From: Macrostomum lignano
Lineage: Eukaryota
NCBI GenBank assembly: GCA_002269645.1
Contig: NIVC01000297.1
Span: 124,001-188,000, forward strand
Direction: 5' to 3'
Length of the DNA stretch: 64,000 nucleotides
Made by a program: the position numbers and the translations under genes. The notes beneath the pieces were generated by a model, which was not told the DNA's origin, ran no database searches, and was given only the letters and a program-made list of their open reading frames with translations. Positions 10,931 to 23,000 of the stretch are shown here, one piece after another (position 1 is the first letter of the stretch; each line of letters begins with the position of its first letter).

Positions 10931-13556
10931 AGATAGTATAGTATCCCTAGCCACTAGCCTTAGTTGTGTAGCTTTGGCCATAAACAATTATATATGTGAT
11001 TGTAACCATATGCAAGTATATTGAAGATGGCCTTTATGACTGAGCAGATTATTAGGGGGCCTAAGCTAAGCCTATTTTCTATTAGATATACAACAATTTA
11101 TTGCAAAAAAAATGGTTTCCTTAAAAAAGACTAAAAAGTGATACAACATGCCATGGCTAAAATATCTATGCATCTTAGCCATATTAAAAAATATCTTATA
11201 ATACAATAGGTCTAAGTGAGACATAAAAAGCATTATTGAATAAATATAGGCCTAACTGTCATACTAATAGGCCTACCTAAAGAAGCTCAAAGCCTTTTTG
11301 GATCTAATTAGGGCTAGTAGCCAGTAGTGTTGTGTTGCTTAGGAATTGAAGCTATCAAGGCCAAGGATACATTGTTACAAGAACAAGGGGTAGGCCTAGG
11401 GCCTATACAGAAAATAGGCCTAGTGTACTTTTTGTGGACACTTGGTATTTAGAAGAGGGCTTCATTTACATGTATTATTGATTCACCTACGTGTACTTTT
11501 CAAATCATTAATTTTTGTATAGGCCTACACATGTACATTTCAGCCCCAGTCCCATTTCTAATAGGCCTATATTCAATAGCACCCACCCCATTTATTTAGA
11601 GAAATTTAGTTTTTTTTGTTCAAGTAAAAGTAAATACGAGCCTCGTATTATAATAGTTGCATTGACAATGACAAGTTTGGTGTCATTTAAAAAGTGGCAA
11701 GTCTCTTTTTCAAAATGACTTAAACTGCTATTGATTTAGATTTACATATTTTTTAGATGGCTAAGCCAAGGACAATGTCAAGGACAAGATCGTAAGCTAG
11801 TCATAATAATATAGGATAGTTGGTTATTTTTTTGAAGATTGCCGAATAGTTGGGTAGTGGCCTGGTTGGCACATTTCTTCCCGTAATGGAATAAAAACGG
11901 TGATATTGTTTTTCGTTTATAATAATTTTATAATTTTATAATAATTTTAAAATGTTTTGGATAAGCAGCTAGTGCTGTGTTCTCAATTTATTAAGAAAAC
12001 TAGGACTGGTTTGTTTAACTGCTATAAAATTCATAGTTTATACTGTTGCTAAATGAATTTGATTCAAAACTACGATTCCAATTTTTGGATCTTATGAGTC
12101 GTGACCAATCGTACAGGACGATACAGTCAGCTGAATAAGCAAAATAATAAAACCATTTAAAGGTTAATATTGTATTGACTCTGATAGATAAAGATTACAA
12201 TTAAAGATGCCACGAGACTATGAACTCAACCGACATATTCGATATGAGGTTATTGGTACAAAAGAAGATCCAAGCGCAAAAGCCCAGAAAGCCAGATTGG
12301 CGGTAAGTGTTTTCTTTGTCAACATTAGGAGCGGATTTAGTACAACGGGCTCACCCCCATTCAAATTAAATTTTTTTCTATACGGGTATTTGAAATTTTT
12401 ATACGAATAAATAATCAAAGCAAAGATACTTGAGGATAGTAATCTGCGCCATCCGTTCAAAATTTTCTGGATACGCGCTTGGTCAACAGTGAGTTATTTG
12501 AGAGTATTGCTAATATATTGTCTTCCTTTTCTGATCATTCTATTCTGAGAAAAGTGATCCACTTAAAATCTCGAAATAAAAAAGATGATTTGATTGCAGA
12601 AAATTTGGAAAAAGTCCATACACACTGACTAGTTTTAATTTGAGACATCTCCATTCATCCCTTATCAGTTATCACATATGCCACGTGTTGATGGCTGTAT
12701 ATAAAAAATATTTTATATAGAAGCAATGGTCTTTTCTGTTGTTTTTTGGTACTCAAAATGTTGTCCTAGGCCATAGTCAAAAATTTTTATTAGTAACTAG
12801 CCTAGCAGAATAATATATAGTGCAGTCACATCACATGTACATGTAACTATTATTAGTGCTTACGTTAATAAACTTAGTAATGCATTTCACGATTTTGGAC
12901 ACCGGTCAAAGCTTCAGAGTTAAAAGAGTCTCTAGCCTAGGCTATTTAGTATTGAGTTGTCAATGTCCAATTGCTATGCAATAGAAGAGAGCTCATAGTT
13001 AATGGAGCATTCCATTTTTCATAATTCAGATAAAATTTAATTGGGGTGTGAATACTTTACACCCCTCCCGACTATTTTCTCTTCCTGAGCATCTCAATCG
13101 GCGTGTACAATTCCTGATATTTTGTCCCTTTTACTAGAGCGGTGACCGCTACGGTAATTTTTTTCGCAGAAAATTTCCTATAGAGCCTACTTCAAGCAGT
13201 GCTGTTAGTTACGTTATGCTTTATTTATTTAGGGTCGAAATACCTCCCCCAGGATGGATAATTTCGCGAACCCGTGCAAAGGATTTCATTAAGCCTCCTT
13301 TGTTGGCCTTGGCTTCTATTCTTATCATGTTCTGTTTGCCTGAGAGGATCAGAAAAGCGGCTTGGGAGTCCCGGACTCGTTGAGATTCGATCTTCGCATT
13401 CCCGCCTGTTTGCGGCAGGAGAAATTGCTAGTTTGAGTGGCGACCGCTGATTTTTGTAACCTGGAACTGGCTTGAAGTGCGGGGCTGGTGAGGCAGATTA
13501 GATTTTAGTTGAATAGTAGGCTGCGAGATTCCAGAAAACACGCGCGCTAACTTTTT

Positions 13557-13877
13557 GTTGCCCACCTTCTCGAACAAGTATCAAGTCTCCAGCCCTCCGG
13601 ACAGTCGAGATATTCAACGATTCTGCCAGGAGGTCGGATTTTTTTCCATAAGCGCCAGTGTATTCAACGCACCCCTGTGCGCCAATCAGCACTGCATCTC
13701 AGTGCAACCTTTCCGCACTTCCAAATTTCATCAGCACGTCGACTACATGCGTCTGCACCAGCTCTGACTTGGTTGGTCACTGGCCTTCACCCAGGCGGAA
13801 CTTCTGGTCCTTCAACGGGTGACACCAGGTGACTATGAACACCCTGTTGCGAATTTCTCTGATGTTTCTGATCAAGC
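13557..13877. repeat. Dispersed repeat homologous to 40081-40417, with one module inverted
   Basis: 13640-13877 aligns directly to 40081-40313 (e.g. CACCCCTGTGCGCCAATCAG, CCAAATTTCATCAGCACGTCGAC); 13557-13648 aligns to the reverse complement of 40325-40417. Confidence 0.8.
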
Positions 13878-14195
13878 TTTGGCAGTGGCCAAACCTCAGC
13901 TGCTGGACATCGATACAGCTCGATAGACACTGGCAGCGAGTGGCGGCGCTGCACTTTAATCAGCTGCAGCACAGGCCTGTCGGAGGGCGCGTGGGTGGGC
14001 GCGGCGTCTGTCTGCGGGAGCGGGCGGTGCTTGACGCGGCCAAATGTTTTGGCGCTATGCAATTACTATTGCTAATCACAGCACATGCATTCAGTGCAAT
14101 CACTCGGTGCTGTCAGTTTGAGGATGCGTATGGCGTTGCTATGCACAAAATTTTAGGGCAAAATTTTTAGTCTTCACTGATAAAGTGAATGGTCG

Positions 14196-14351
14196 GGTGA
14201 TCGAGTTAATGCTCAGGTGATCGAGTTAATGCTCAGGTGATCGAGTTAATGCTCAGGTGATCGAGTTAATGCTCAGGTGATCGAGTTAATGCTCAGGTGA
14301 TCGAGTTAATGCTCAGGTGATCGAGTTAATGCTCAGGTGAATGCTCGGGTG
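14196..14351. repeat. 20-bp minisatellite (GGTGATCGAGTTAATGCTCA) x~7
   Basis: Perfect tandem copies just 3' of the GPCR stop codon. Confidence 0.95.
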
Positions 14352-14362
14352 TCAAGTCCAGC

Positions 14363-15641
14363 TCAGATTTCATTCGTACCCTCCGGTCTATCGAACCTGG
14401 CGAGCTGAATGAGCTGCCGCTGCCGCTGCCGCAACTGGCAAGTCTGCAGCACCGCGGGCTGCTGGTAGCGGCGGCAGCGCTGCGGCCGCTGCAGCTGGTA
14501 GACGATGGCCGGCCAGCCCCGTCCGCCGAGCGTTCGCCGCCGCCTGGCGACGCCGCACCAGGCGCTGCATCTGAGAACGCGCTGGAAGGACGGGCTGAAG
14601 GCCAGCAGGATGAAGAAGTTCAGGCAGGAGTCCACCGGCTGGAACACTCCAGCCCAGTTGGCCGCGGTCTCGAATCGATGCAGCCGCTCAAGCTGCGCCT
14701 CGTCCACCTGGCGGAGCCCCGAGCCCAGCAGGTCGGCCAGGGTGGCCACGTAAGCCACGGCGAAGGGGAACTGGCAGAGCACGAAGCTCACGGCCAGCAG
14801 CAGGATGATCTTGCTGGCGCGCTTGCTGGACGGGTGCTGCGTGAACCGGACCCGGAGGCTGTGGGCGATCTTGGCCGACACGATGAGGATGCTGCAGCCC
14901 GGCATGATGACGCCCAGCACTGCGTAGCTCAGGAACTTCAGCATCGGGGCCGAGGCCGCCCCGAAGTCCTCGTACGAGCTGCTCGAGCCGTTGGAGGCGT
15001 TGCTGGCGATCCAGGCGGTGTCTCGCCGCTGCAGCAGCTCGTCCAGGGCGCTGGTCAGGAGCACCTCGCACGCGCTGAGCAGCGCCACGCCGGACAGCAG
15101 GGCGGCCTGACGACGCATCGGCGTCTGCAGGCGAGGCCGGGCGGTCAGGTCCGGCCGCACGGTGAGCGCCAGGCGGTACAGCGAGATGCCCAGCAGCCAG
15201 TTGGTGCGCAGCATCTGCAGGCAGTGCGTGGCGACTCCCATCTGCAAGGTAGAGGGGGTGACGGTGAGAGCCTTCAGGCCACCAGCACTGCTTCAGTCCC
15301 TTACAGCCCTGGTCACTGATCTCGGACTTCTCATGCGATACCCCACTCACAAGGGCCGACCCTCAAGGCACAGACCGCACAAGAGATTAAGGCAGAGCAG
15401 GAGCAAACGAACCCACCTGCCAGGGACCGGGTCCCTGCCGAGCCAGCTGGCAGGCCAGGTAGGCCGCCATGGCCGCATTGGACAGAATCTCCAGCCTGCT
15501 GAGGGTGAGCATGGCCGCTCTTGCGCTCCCGGTTTCGCTTGCTGATGAGGATGGCACAGCGCAGTTGAGCAGACCAGCAATGCTGCCGAAGGTCAGAAAC
15601 TCAGGCTGGCTGATCGCGCGGCTGGCGTTGGCGCTCTGCAT
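14363..15641 (-). CDS. Class A (rhodopsin-like) GPCR, peptide-receptor type; main exon 14363-15241 (TM3-TM7); N-terminal exon(s) ~15350-15641 uncertain
   Basis: LLGISLYRL (TM3, DRY variant), IILLLAVSFVLCQFPFAV (TM6), VDSCLNFFILLAFSPSFQRVL (TM7 + helix 8). CAG acceptor at 15242-15244; the upstream segment has TM1/TM2-like hydrophobic stretches. Confidence 0.8.
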
Positions 15642-15807
15642 GGCTGAGCAGGGGGGGGGGGGGGACTGCGATGGCCTCTCCTAGCGCCACCTTCTCAAGA
15701 TTTTAACCCTCCCGCTCGGCTCGCGATTGTAAGAGCCGGCCGCCAATTAACCGGTTCCAGGAGCTGTCCAATGGCTTCTGAGCTCACGGCAGCCCAAGCC
15801 TATGAGA

Positions 15808-16602
15808 CCGCGGCCACAGAACTTACACAGAATGCTCAATCAGCGATTTAATGAAATTAAACTGCGTAGAAATAGATATGCGTACAAACTACTAATCCGG
15901 TGAAGAAACATAAGTAGCCATAGACTATTACTCAAGTGTGTAGCACAAGACCGCCTGATTTATTAAGTCAGTAACCAGAAACCATGCAGCAATCGAAACG
16001 TAAAACGTGAAACGTAGAAACCAGTTAAACTGGAGCACAAAAAGTTTTGAAGTGATGCAACGCAAAAAGTTGGATAAAAAACGGACAAGTGTCATTAAAG
16101 CACTGCCATTAGTTGCCAACGTTCATTCGCAAAAATTTCTTGCTCACTGCGTCTGCGCCGAACACTTGCTTCCTCTTCCTTTGCCTTTGAGTTTCCCGTC
16201 GCTGATTGCTGCACCAATGGTGCAGCCGTAGGCGGCAATACAGCGCTGCAAAGCTGATTGCACAACTTACCGAATGGGACTCAATGTGCAGATTGAGAGC
16301 GGGCTGAATCGCTGCGGCAAATTTTCGCTGAAGGTCTTTGCCAACGCCTTTCTGTTGGAAATAGGATTTGTCACTGTCAAGAAAGATTTGCTCCATGATC
16401 CTGACGGCAGATACCAATTTGTCACCAGATAGAATTTGTAATTCTATTAAATGAATATATCTTGTGCTACACACTTGAGTAATAGTCTATGGCTACTTAT
16501 GTTTCTTCACCGGATTAGTAGTTTGTACGCATATCTATTTCTACGCAGTTTAATTTCATTAAATCGCTGATTGAGCATTCTGTGTAAGTTCTGTGGCCGC
16601 GG
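15808..16602. mobile_element. Non-autonomous foldback DNA transposon with 143-bp perfect TIRs
   Basis: 15808-15950 is the reverse complement of 16460-16602. The internal minus-strand ORF 16109-16474 carries ...LYCRLRLHHWC...RKRK, resembling the C-terminus of P-element/THAP9-type transposases (inference). Confidence 0.85.
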
Positions 16603-16867
16603 CTGCTGCATGCATCCCATTCTCAGGGCGAGTCGCCTCAGCTTCACGTGAAGGTGTTGCATTCGTGCGTAAAGACTGACAATTCTGAGAACCTTGCACT
16701 GCTGCTCTGCGTTCGCGAAAGGATAGGAAATTTCACCTCAAAATTTCGAGGCACAAGAATTGCAGATGGAGGTGTACTCAAGTCATCTGTATTGCACTCA
16801 AGTCATCTGTATTGCACTCAAGTCATCTCCATTGTACTCAAGATACCTCTACGAGTGTTGCACTCAA

Positions 16868-16868
16868 G

Positions 16869-16901
<33 letters not shown>

Positions 16902-17215
16902 AACAACAACAAAAACAACAACAACAACAACAACAAAGTACGCAGCCTCGCATGCAAAGCCACAGTTAGAGCGGGGCGCGTCAGATGGCATGCCGCAGAG
17001 CCTGAGAGCGGACGAAGTCCGCCCCGTTGGCAGTGTCGGGCGCCCCGGCGTCGCGTAGCAGGCAGTCCACGTATCGACGGGTTTGGGCCTGACCCCGCCT
17101 GAACGGACCATGCAAGGTGAGCGGCAGCACGTCCTGAACAGGTTGGGGGCAGAAGCCCTCGACCGGATCACGTGGCCCGCCAGTTGAAGTCGCCGCCGGC
17201 GCAGGATGATGGATG
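16868..17215 (-). mobile_element. 5'-truncated RTE-clade LINE 3' end with a (TTG)n tail
   Basis: Minus strand reads RRRRLQLAGHVIRS, typical of the RTE ORF C-terminal region, followed by a trinucleotide tail seen as (AAC)n at 16868-16937. Confidence 0.7.
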
Positions 17216-17463
17216 TACTCAAATCACCTATATTGTACCCCTTCTCCATCAAGCCTCTTCTGCCAGCGACACTAGTGTTTTCCTGCATTTCCATTCACAC
17301 TCACACTCCATTCAAACTTAATGTCGGGTTTCCATTCTGGGACCTCACCGGCATATATCTAACAAATAAGGAAGGAAGACCTCTGTAAGCAGTAGCCTTG
17401 GCAACGAGATAAATTGGCTTCATTTTGAGTAGCGCAATAAAAGCAAGCTTTCTAATCGATAGG

Positions 17464-19483
17464 ATGGTAATTTCGAAAATTTCTCTCCAATATTCGATGT
17501 TCATTTCAGGCGGACGAGGCAGTGGAGAAGCACCAGGCAACTCTGAACGAGTGAGTGAAGACCGGAGCTGTTTGGGTGACAAATTCACTGGCACCAAATT
17601 CACTGGCACCAAATTCACTGGCACCCAATTCACTGGCACCAAATTCACTGGCACCAAATTCACTGGCACCAAATTCACTGGCACCAAATTCACTGGCACC
17701 AAATTCACTGGCACCAAATTCACTGGCACCAAATTCACTGGCACCAAATTCACTGGCACCAAATTCACTGGCACCAAATTCACTGGCACCAAATTCACTG
17801 GCACCAAATTCACTGGCACCAAATTCACTGGCACCAAATTCACTGGCACCAAATTCACTGGCACCAAATTCACTGGCACCAAATTCACTGGCACCAAATT
17901 CACTGGCACCAAATTCACTGGCACCCAATTCACTGGCACCCAATTCACTGGCACCAAATTCACTGGCACCAAATTCACTGGCACCAAATTCACTGGCACC
18001 AAATTCACTGGCACCAAATTCACTGGCACCAAATTCACTGGCACCAAATTCACTGGCACCAAATTCACTGGCACCAAATTCACTGGCACCAAATTCACTG
18101 GCACCAAATTCACTGGCACCAAATTCACTGGCACCAAATTCACTGGCACCAAATTCACTGGCACCAAATTCACTGGCACCAAATTCACTGGCACCAAATT
18201 CACTGGCACCAAATTCACTGGCACCGAGATCATTCACACCCAGAGTTGTCAATACTACGAGCGTATTTCCTCGCAGTCCCTTAACACAGCGCCTCCCCGC
18301 CCGCAGGGAGTGGAAGGTGAACATGAAGTCGGACTGGGAGGCCCGCTGCCAGGCGCGCCATCGGGTCAACGCGGCCAAGGCGGTGCAGAAGCAGCTGGAC
18401 GGAGAGTTGAAGTGCACGAAGGCTGTGCTTATCGAGGTGGGCGCAGCTGCTCTCTGGGATTTGCGGCGGGGGATTTGTTTGTTTTCTGTACCCAGTGTGG
18501 GATTTCTATACTCAGTGTGGGATTTCTATACTCAGTGTGGGATTTCTATACTCAGTGTGGGATTTCTATACTCAGTGTGGGATTTCTATACTCAGTGTGG
18601 GATTTCTATACTCAGTGTGGGATTTCTGTACCCAGTGTGAGATTTCTGTACCCAGTGTGAGATTTCTGTACCCAGTGTGAGATTTCTGTACCCAGTGTGG
18701 GATTTCTGTACCCAGTGTGAGATTTCTGTACCCAGTGTGGGATTTCTGTACCCAGTGTGGGATTTCTGTACCCAGTGTGGGATTTCTATACTCAGTGTGG
18801 GATTTCTGTACCCAGTGTGGGATTTCTGTACCCAGTGTGGGATTTCTGTACCCAGTGTGGGATTTCTGTACCCAGTGTGGGATTTCTGTACCCAGTGTGG
18901 GATTTCTGTACCCAGTGTGGGATTTCTGTACCCAGTGTGGGATTTCTGTACCCAGTGTGGGATTTCTGTACCCAGTGTGGGATTTCTGTACCCAGTGTGG
19001 GATTTCTGTACCCAGTGTGGGATTTCTGTACCCAGTTAGGGATTTCTGTAAATGAACTCCCGTGACTCCTAATGACTCTCGTGACTCTCACGACTCCTAT
19101 GACTCCCATAGCCCCTGTGACTCCCATGAATCCAGTGACTCCTGTGACACCCATGAATCCCGTGACTCCTGTGACTCCCATGAATCCCGTGACTCCCATG
19201 AATCCCGTGACTCCCATGAATCCCGTGACTCCTATGAATCCCGTGACTCCCATGAATCCCGTGACTCCCATGAATCCCGTGACTCCCATGAATCCCGTGA
19301 CTCCCATGAATCCCGTGACTCCTATGAATCCCGTGACTCCCGTGATGCTCATGACTCCCTCTCCACCCCTCTGCTCGCAAGGTCCGCAAGGAGGCGCTGC
19401 GGCAGCTGCTGGAGCGGGAGCGATCCGCCTACGCCAAGGAGCTGGAGGCGGAGGGCAAGACCTTCTACACGCAGCGAGCCTGA
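17464..19483 (+). CDS. CFAP141: Cilia/flagella microtubule inner protein CFAP141 (C1orf189)-like; exons 17464-17466 (tentative ATG), 17510-17550, 18307-18436, 19382-19483
   Basis: Spliced product MADEAVEKHQATLNEEWKVNMKSDWE...ELKCTKAVLIEVRKEALRQLLERERSAYAKELEAEGKTFYTQRA. The C-terminus matches the recalled human [33 protein letters not shown]. All introns are GT-AG with consistent phases; the 5' end is tentative. Confidence 0.8.
17581..18225. repeat. 15-bp minisatellite (AAATTCACTGGCACC) x43 in a CFAP141 intron
   Basis: Near-perfect tandem array; the long repeat ORFs here are artefacts. Confidence 0.97.
18485..19048. repeat. 20-bp minisatellite (CCCAGTGTGGGATTTCTGTA) in a CFAP141 intron
   Basis: About 28 copies with two variant types. 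Confidence 0.95.
19056..19358. repeat. 18-bp minisatellite (GACTCCCATGAATCCCGT) in a CFAP141 intron
   Basis: Tandem copies ending ~20 bp before the final acceptor. Confidence 0.93.
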
Positions 19484-19774
19484 CCCAACCTGAGCTGCCG
19501 AGACTCAGCTTATTGTAGAGGCACCGTGTTTTAATGCCTGCTGAAATGCGCTAAGCTGCTTCTGTTTGTGTTTCTGGTTTTCCTAACAAGTACATACGAA
19601 TATATATTTATACATAACAGTTTCTATGAAAACTTTGACTGCTACTGGTAAAAACTAAAAAGCAAAATTTTCAAACGAGTTGATGCGTTATGTACTGCTT
19701 TCAGCGTGTCGCTGTGCGCTTGGTTCTTGAAAGCCCCCCCCCCCCCAAATCCTCGTTTGCTTGTCCACCGCTAG

Positions 19775-20640
19775 CCTCCCAAATCCCCAGTTGCTGGGCC
19801 AGCCTCCCAGATCCTCAGTTGCTTGGCCAGCCTCCCAGATCCTCAGTTGCTGGGCCAGCCTCCCAGATCCTCAGTTGCTGGGCCTGCGTCTCAGATTCTC
19901 AGTTGCTGGGCCAGCCTCCCAGATCCTCAGTTGCTGGGCCAGCCTCCCAGATCCTCAGTTGCTGGGCCAGCGTCTCAGATCCTCAGTTGCTGGGCCAGTC
20001 TCCCAGATCCTCAGTTGCTGGGCCAGCGTCCCAGATCCTCAGTTGCTGGGCCAGCCTCCCAGATCCTCAGTTGCTGGGCCGCCCTATCAGATCCTCAGTT
20101 GCTGGGCCAGCCTCCCAGATCCCCAGTTGCTGGGCCAGCCTCCCAGATCCTCAGTTGCTGGGCCAGTCTCCCAGATCCTCAGTTGCTGGGCCAGCCTCCC
20201 AGATCCTCAGTTGCTTGGCCAGCCTCCCAGATCCCCAGTTGCTGGGCCAGCCTCTCAGTTCTTCAGTTGCTGGGCCAGCCTCCCAGATCCTCAGTTGCTG
20301 GGCCAGCCTCCCAGATCTTCAGTTGCTGGGCCGGCCTCCCAGATCCTCAGTTGCTGGGCCAGCCTCCCAGATCCTCAGTTGCTTGGCCAGCCTCCCAGAT
20401 CCCCAGTTGCTGGGCCAGCCTCTCAGATCTTCAGTTGCTGGGCCAGCCTCCCAGATCCTCAGTTGCTGGGCCAGCCTCCCAGATCTTCAGTTGCTGGGCC
20501 AGCCTCCCAGATCTTCAGTTGCTGGGCCAGCCTCCCAGATCCTCAGTTGCTGGGCCAGCCTCCCAGATCCTCAGTTGCTGGGCCAGCCTCCCAGATCCTC
20601 AGTTGCTGGGCCAGCCTCCCAGATCCTCAGTTGCTGAGCC
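19775..20640. repeat. ~28-bp minisatellite (CTCCCAGATCCTCAGTTGCTGGGCCAGC)
   Basis: About 30 slightly variant copies. Confidence 0.95.
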
Positions 20641-21506
20641 GGCCAGCCATACATATAAATATTTAAGACGCCGCTCTTTTTTTATTTGAGGCAAAACTGA
20701 TTTCTGTAATTTTTGTCTGCACCCCTACAAACTGGAGAATTTCAATTCGATTCTTGGCTCAAAGGCCGCGCTTTGACTCGAGAAAAGCTCCGGCTTTAAA
20801 GCTGAGAGCTACTAACAAAGGGTGGAAAATATTTAATTAAAACGATGAGTTTAATGAAAGACTCGCCCGCGTCCAATGATCCACACAAAGAAATTGTAAA
20901 ATGGGCATCAGCAGAAGCTTCTCAAGTGACTTTCAAGGTAAATTTCATGACCTTTATTCTATTTTACGCTCATACTGTAGTTAAAAAATCAGTTCGTTTC
21001 ATCCAGCGGCTTGTTTGTTGGCTTCGCAGTCTTTAAGCCTCGAATTTCACTGTAGCCAATATAAATTGAACTTCTTGTTAAGAGTGAATACATGTAAGTC
21101 CATTAATTAGCCGTGATTATTTTTCCTTGACTCTCTGCTCACTACATGGCAGTCTTGGTCCAAGCAGGGACAACTGGAATCACAGGGGCGCAAAACGAGC
21201 CAAAAAATCTTAAGAGCCCGTTTGAATGCACTGCCAATTCCCATTAGTGTTTGTACACATGTTAGAACTCTTATATTATAGGTGCATCTCTCTCCACCAT
21301 GTAGATGTACGAGTGCTACGGATAAAGTGAAGGTGAATCAAACTGAAAAAAGCCTAATTTTGTGAGGATTGGTGTGAGTTTAGAAGATCATACAGACACT
21401 CCACCAGAAGGAGACGGTATCGGCATGGAAGAGACGGTTTTGCGTACTTTTCGGCACAATTTCGCGGAACACCTGACAGACTTGTGAGCACTGAATGAAT
21501 AACCTT

Positions 21507-22020
21507 TGCTGCGTCAGTCTCCGTGCTGACTTATCCCGTACCTGCTATGGTAGTAGTTGCTGCGTCAGTCTCCGTGCTGACTTATCCCGTACCTGCTATG
21601 GTAGTAGTTGCTGCGTCAGTCTCCGTGCTGACTTATCCCGTACCTGCTATGGTAGTAGTTGCTGCGTCAGTCTCCGTGCTGACTTATCCCGTACCTGCTA
21701 TGGTAGTAGTTGCTGCGTCAGTCTCCGTGCTGACTTATCCCGTACCTGCTATGGTAGTAGTTGCTGCGTCAGTCTCCGTGCTGACTTATCCCGTACCTGC
21801 TATGGTAGTAGTTGCTGCGTCAGTCTCCGTGCTGACTTATCCCGTACCTGCTATGGTAGTAGTTGCTGCGTCAGTCTCCGTGCTGACGTATCCCGTACCT
21901 GCTATGGTAGTAGTTGCTGCGTCAGTCTCCGTGCTGACTTATCCCGTACCTGCTATGGTAGTAGTTGCTGCGTCAGTCTTCGTGCTGACTTATCCCGTAC
22001 CTGCTATGGTAGTAGTTGCA
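21507..22020. repeat. 51-bp minisatellite x10
   Basis: Unit TGCTGCGTCAGTCTCCGTGCTGACTTATCCCGTACCTGCTATGGTAGTAGT, near-perfect. Confidence 0.96.
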
Positions 22021-22289
22021 GCGTTCGGGGATGAGGCAGTGACAACAGCTTCATTAGGTAAACGTGTGCCGAAGTGCTAATTCAACACATCAATCCCTGT
22101 TGGGAACTATGGTGAAATATCGTAGTAACGACTTTTCCTGCGTATCAAAGTAAGTGTCTAACATGTTTATAGTCGGATAATTCTCTATACGAGATGCCTC
22201 TGCCTCATGTTCTTCCTGGTGAGGAGTTATTTGTGGGGAATTCTTCCTGGAGAGAAGCTATTAAATGTACACCTCCTCACATTTACATA

Positions 22290-22460
22290 GTAAATGTAGT
22301 ATCACTCTAGACAAGCCACTGTGATATACATGTAGTATCACCCGAGATAAGCCACTGTGATATACATGTAGTATCACCATCACCCGAGATAAGCCACTGT
22401 GATATACATGTAGTATCACCATCACCCGAGATAAGCCACTGTGATATACATGTAGTATCA
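22290..22460. repeat. ~39-45-bp tandem repeat x4
   Basis: Repeated GATAAGCCACTGTGATATACATGTAGTATCACC. Confidence 0.9.
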
Positions 22461-22973
22461 CCCGAACAGACTAATCAATCGTGACTGCAAAGCCGTCCGC
22501 CACAGACTGGCGGCGAGTCTGGCTGCCAGACAAGCCGAAGATTCGGCTCTGCGCCCTGCCACTTTCAGTCCCGAGTCCCCCGCTGCTCCTGGGGCTGTTC
22601 GAATTCGGTTGACATCATGCTGCAGGATGCTGCAGCTCTTGCAGGCTTGAGCCAAAATTATTTGGGCAATCGGTCCTCACACGCTCTCTGTGGCTGCTGT
22701 CAGTTTTAGAGTGTTGGCTGCTAGAAAGCACATTCAATCTGTTCATTTTTGCGAGCAACATAAACGACCAACCGTTTTTTATCTCATTACAAACACTATA
22801 GAGAGATTCGTTTCACATTCTTCTCTCGCTACTCGGTAGTAGGTAGTGGAATAATGTCATGTAAAAACTTTATTGATACAAAAAAGTACAACAAATATGC
22901 AGGCCGGAAACCATTTATTGTCAATCGCTCTGGACTCACCTTTACCTGCAGCTGCTAACAAGTACATTCATAA

Positions 22974-23000
22974 AGAGAGAGAGAGAGAGAGAGAGAGAGA
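22974..23000. repeat. (GA)n microsatellite
   Basis: Directly visible. Confidence 0.95.

Noticed and set aside
12207-12490. Two exon-like segments in AT-rich DNA
   Set aside because: Donor sites look plausible, but there is no recognisable homology or complete model.
17301-19055. Long ORFs such as (NLVPV)n, (GTKFT)n and (SVGFLY)n
   Set aside because: Products of stop-free minisatellites inside CFAP141 introns; not genes.
20845-22150. Scattered GT/AG-bounded segments (including a WKRRFCVL PH-like phrase at ~21430)
   Set aside because: No phase-consistent, stop-free spliced model could be built.
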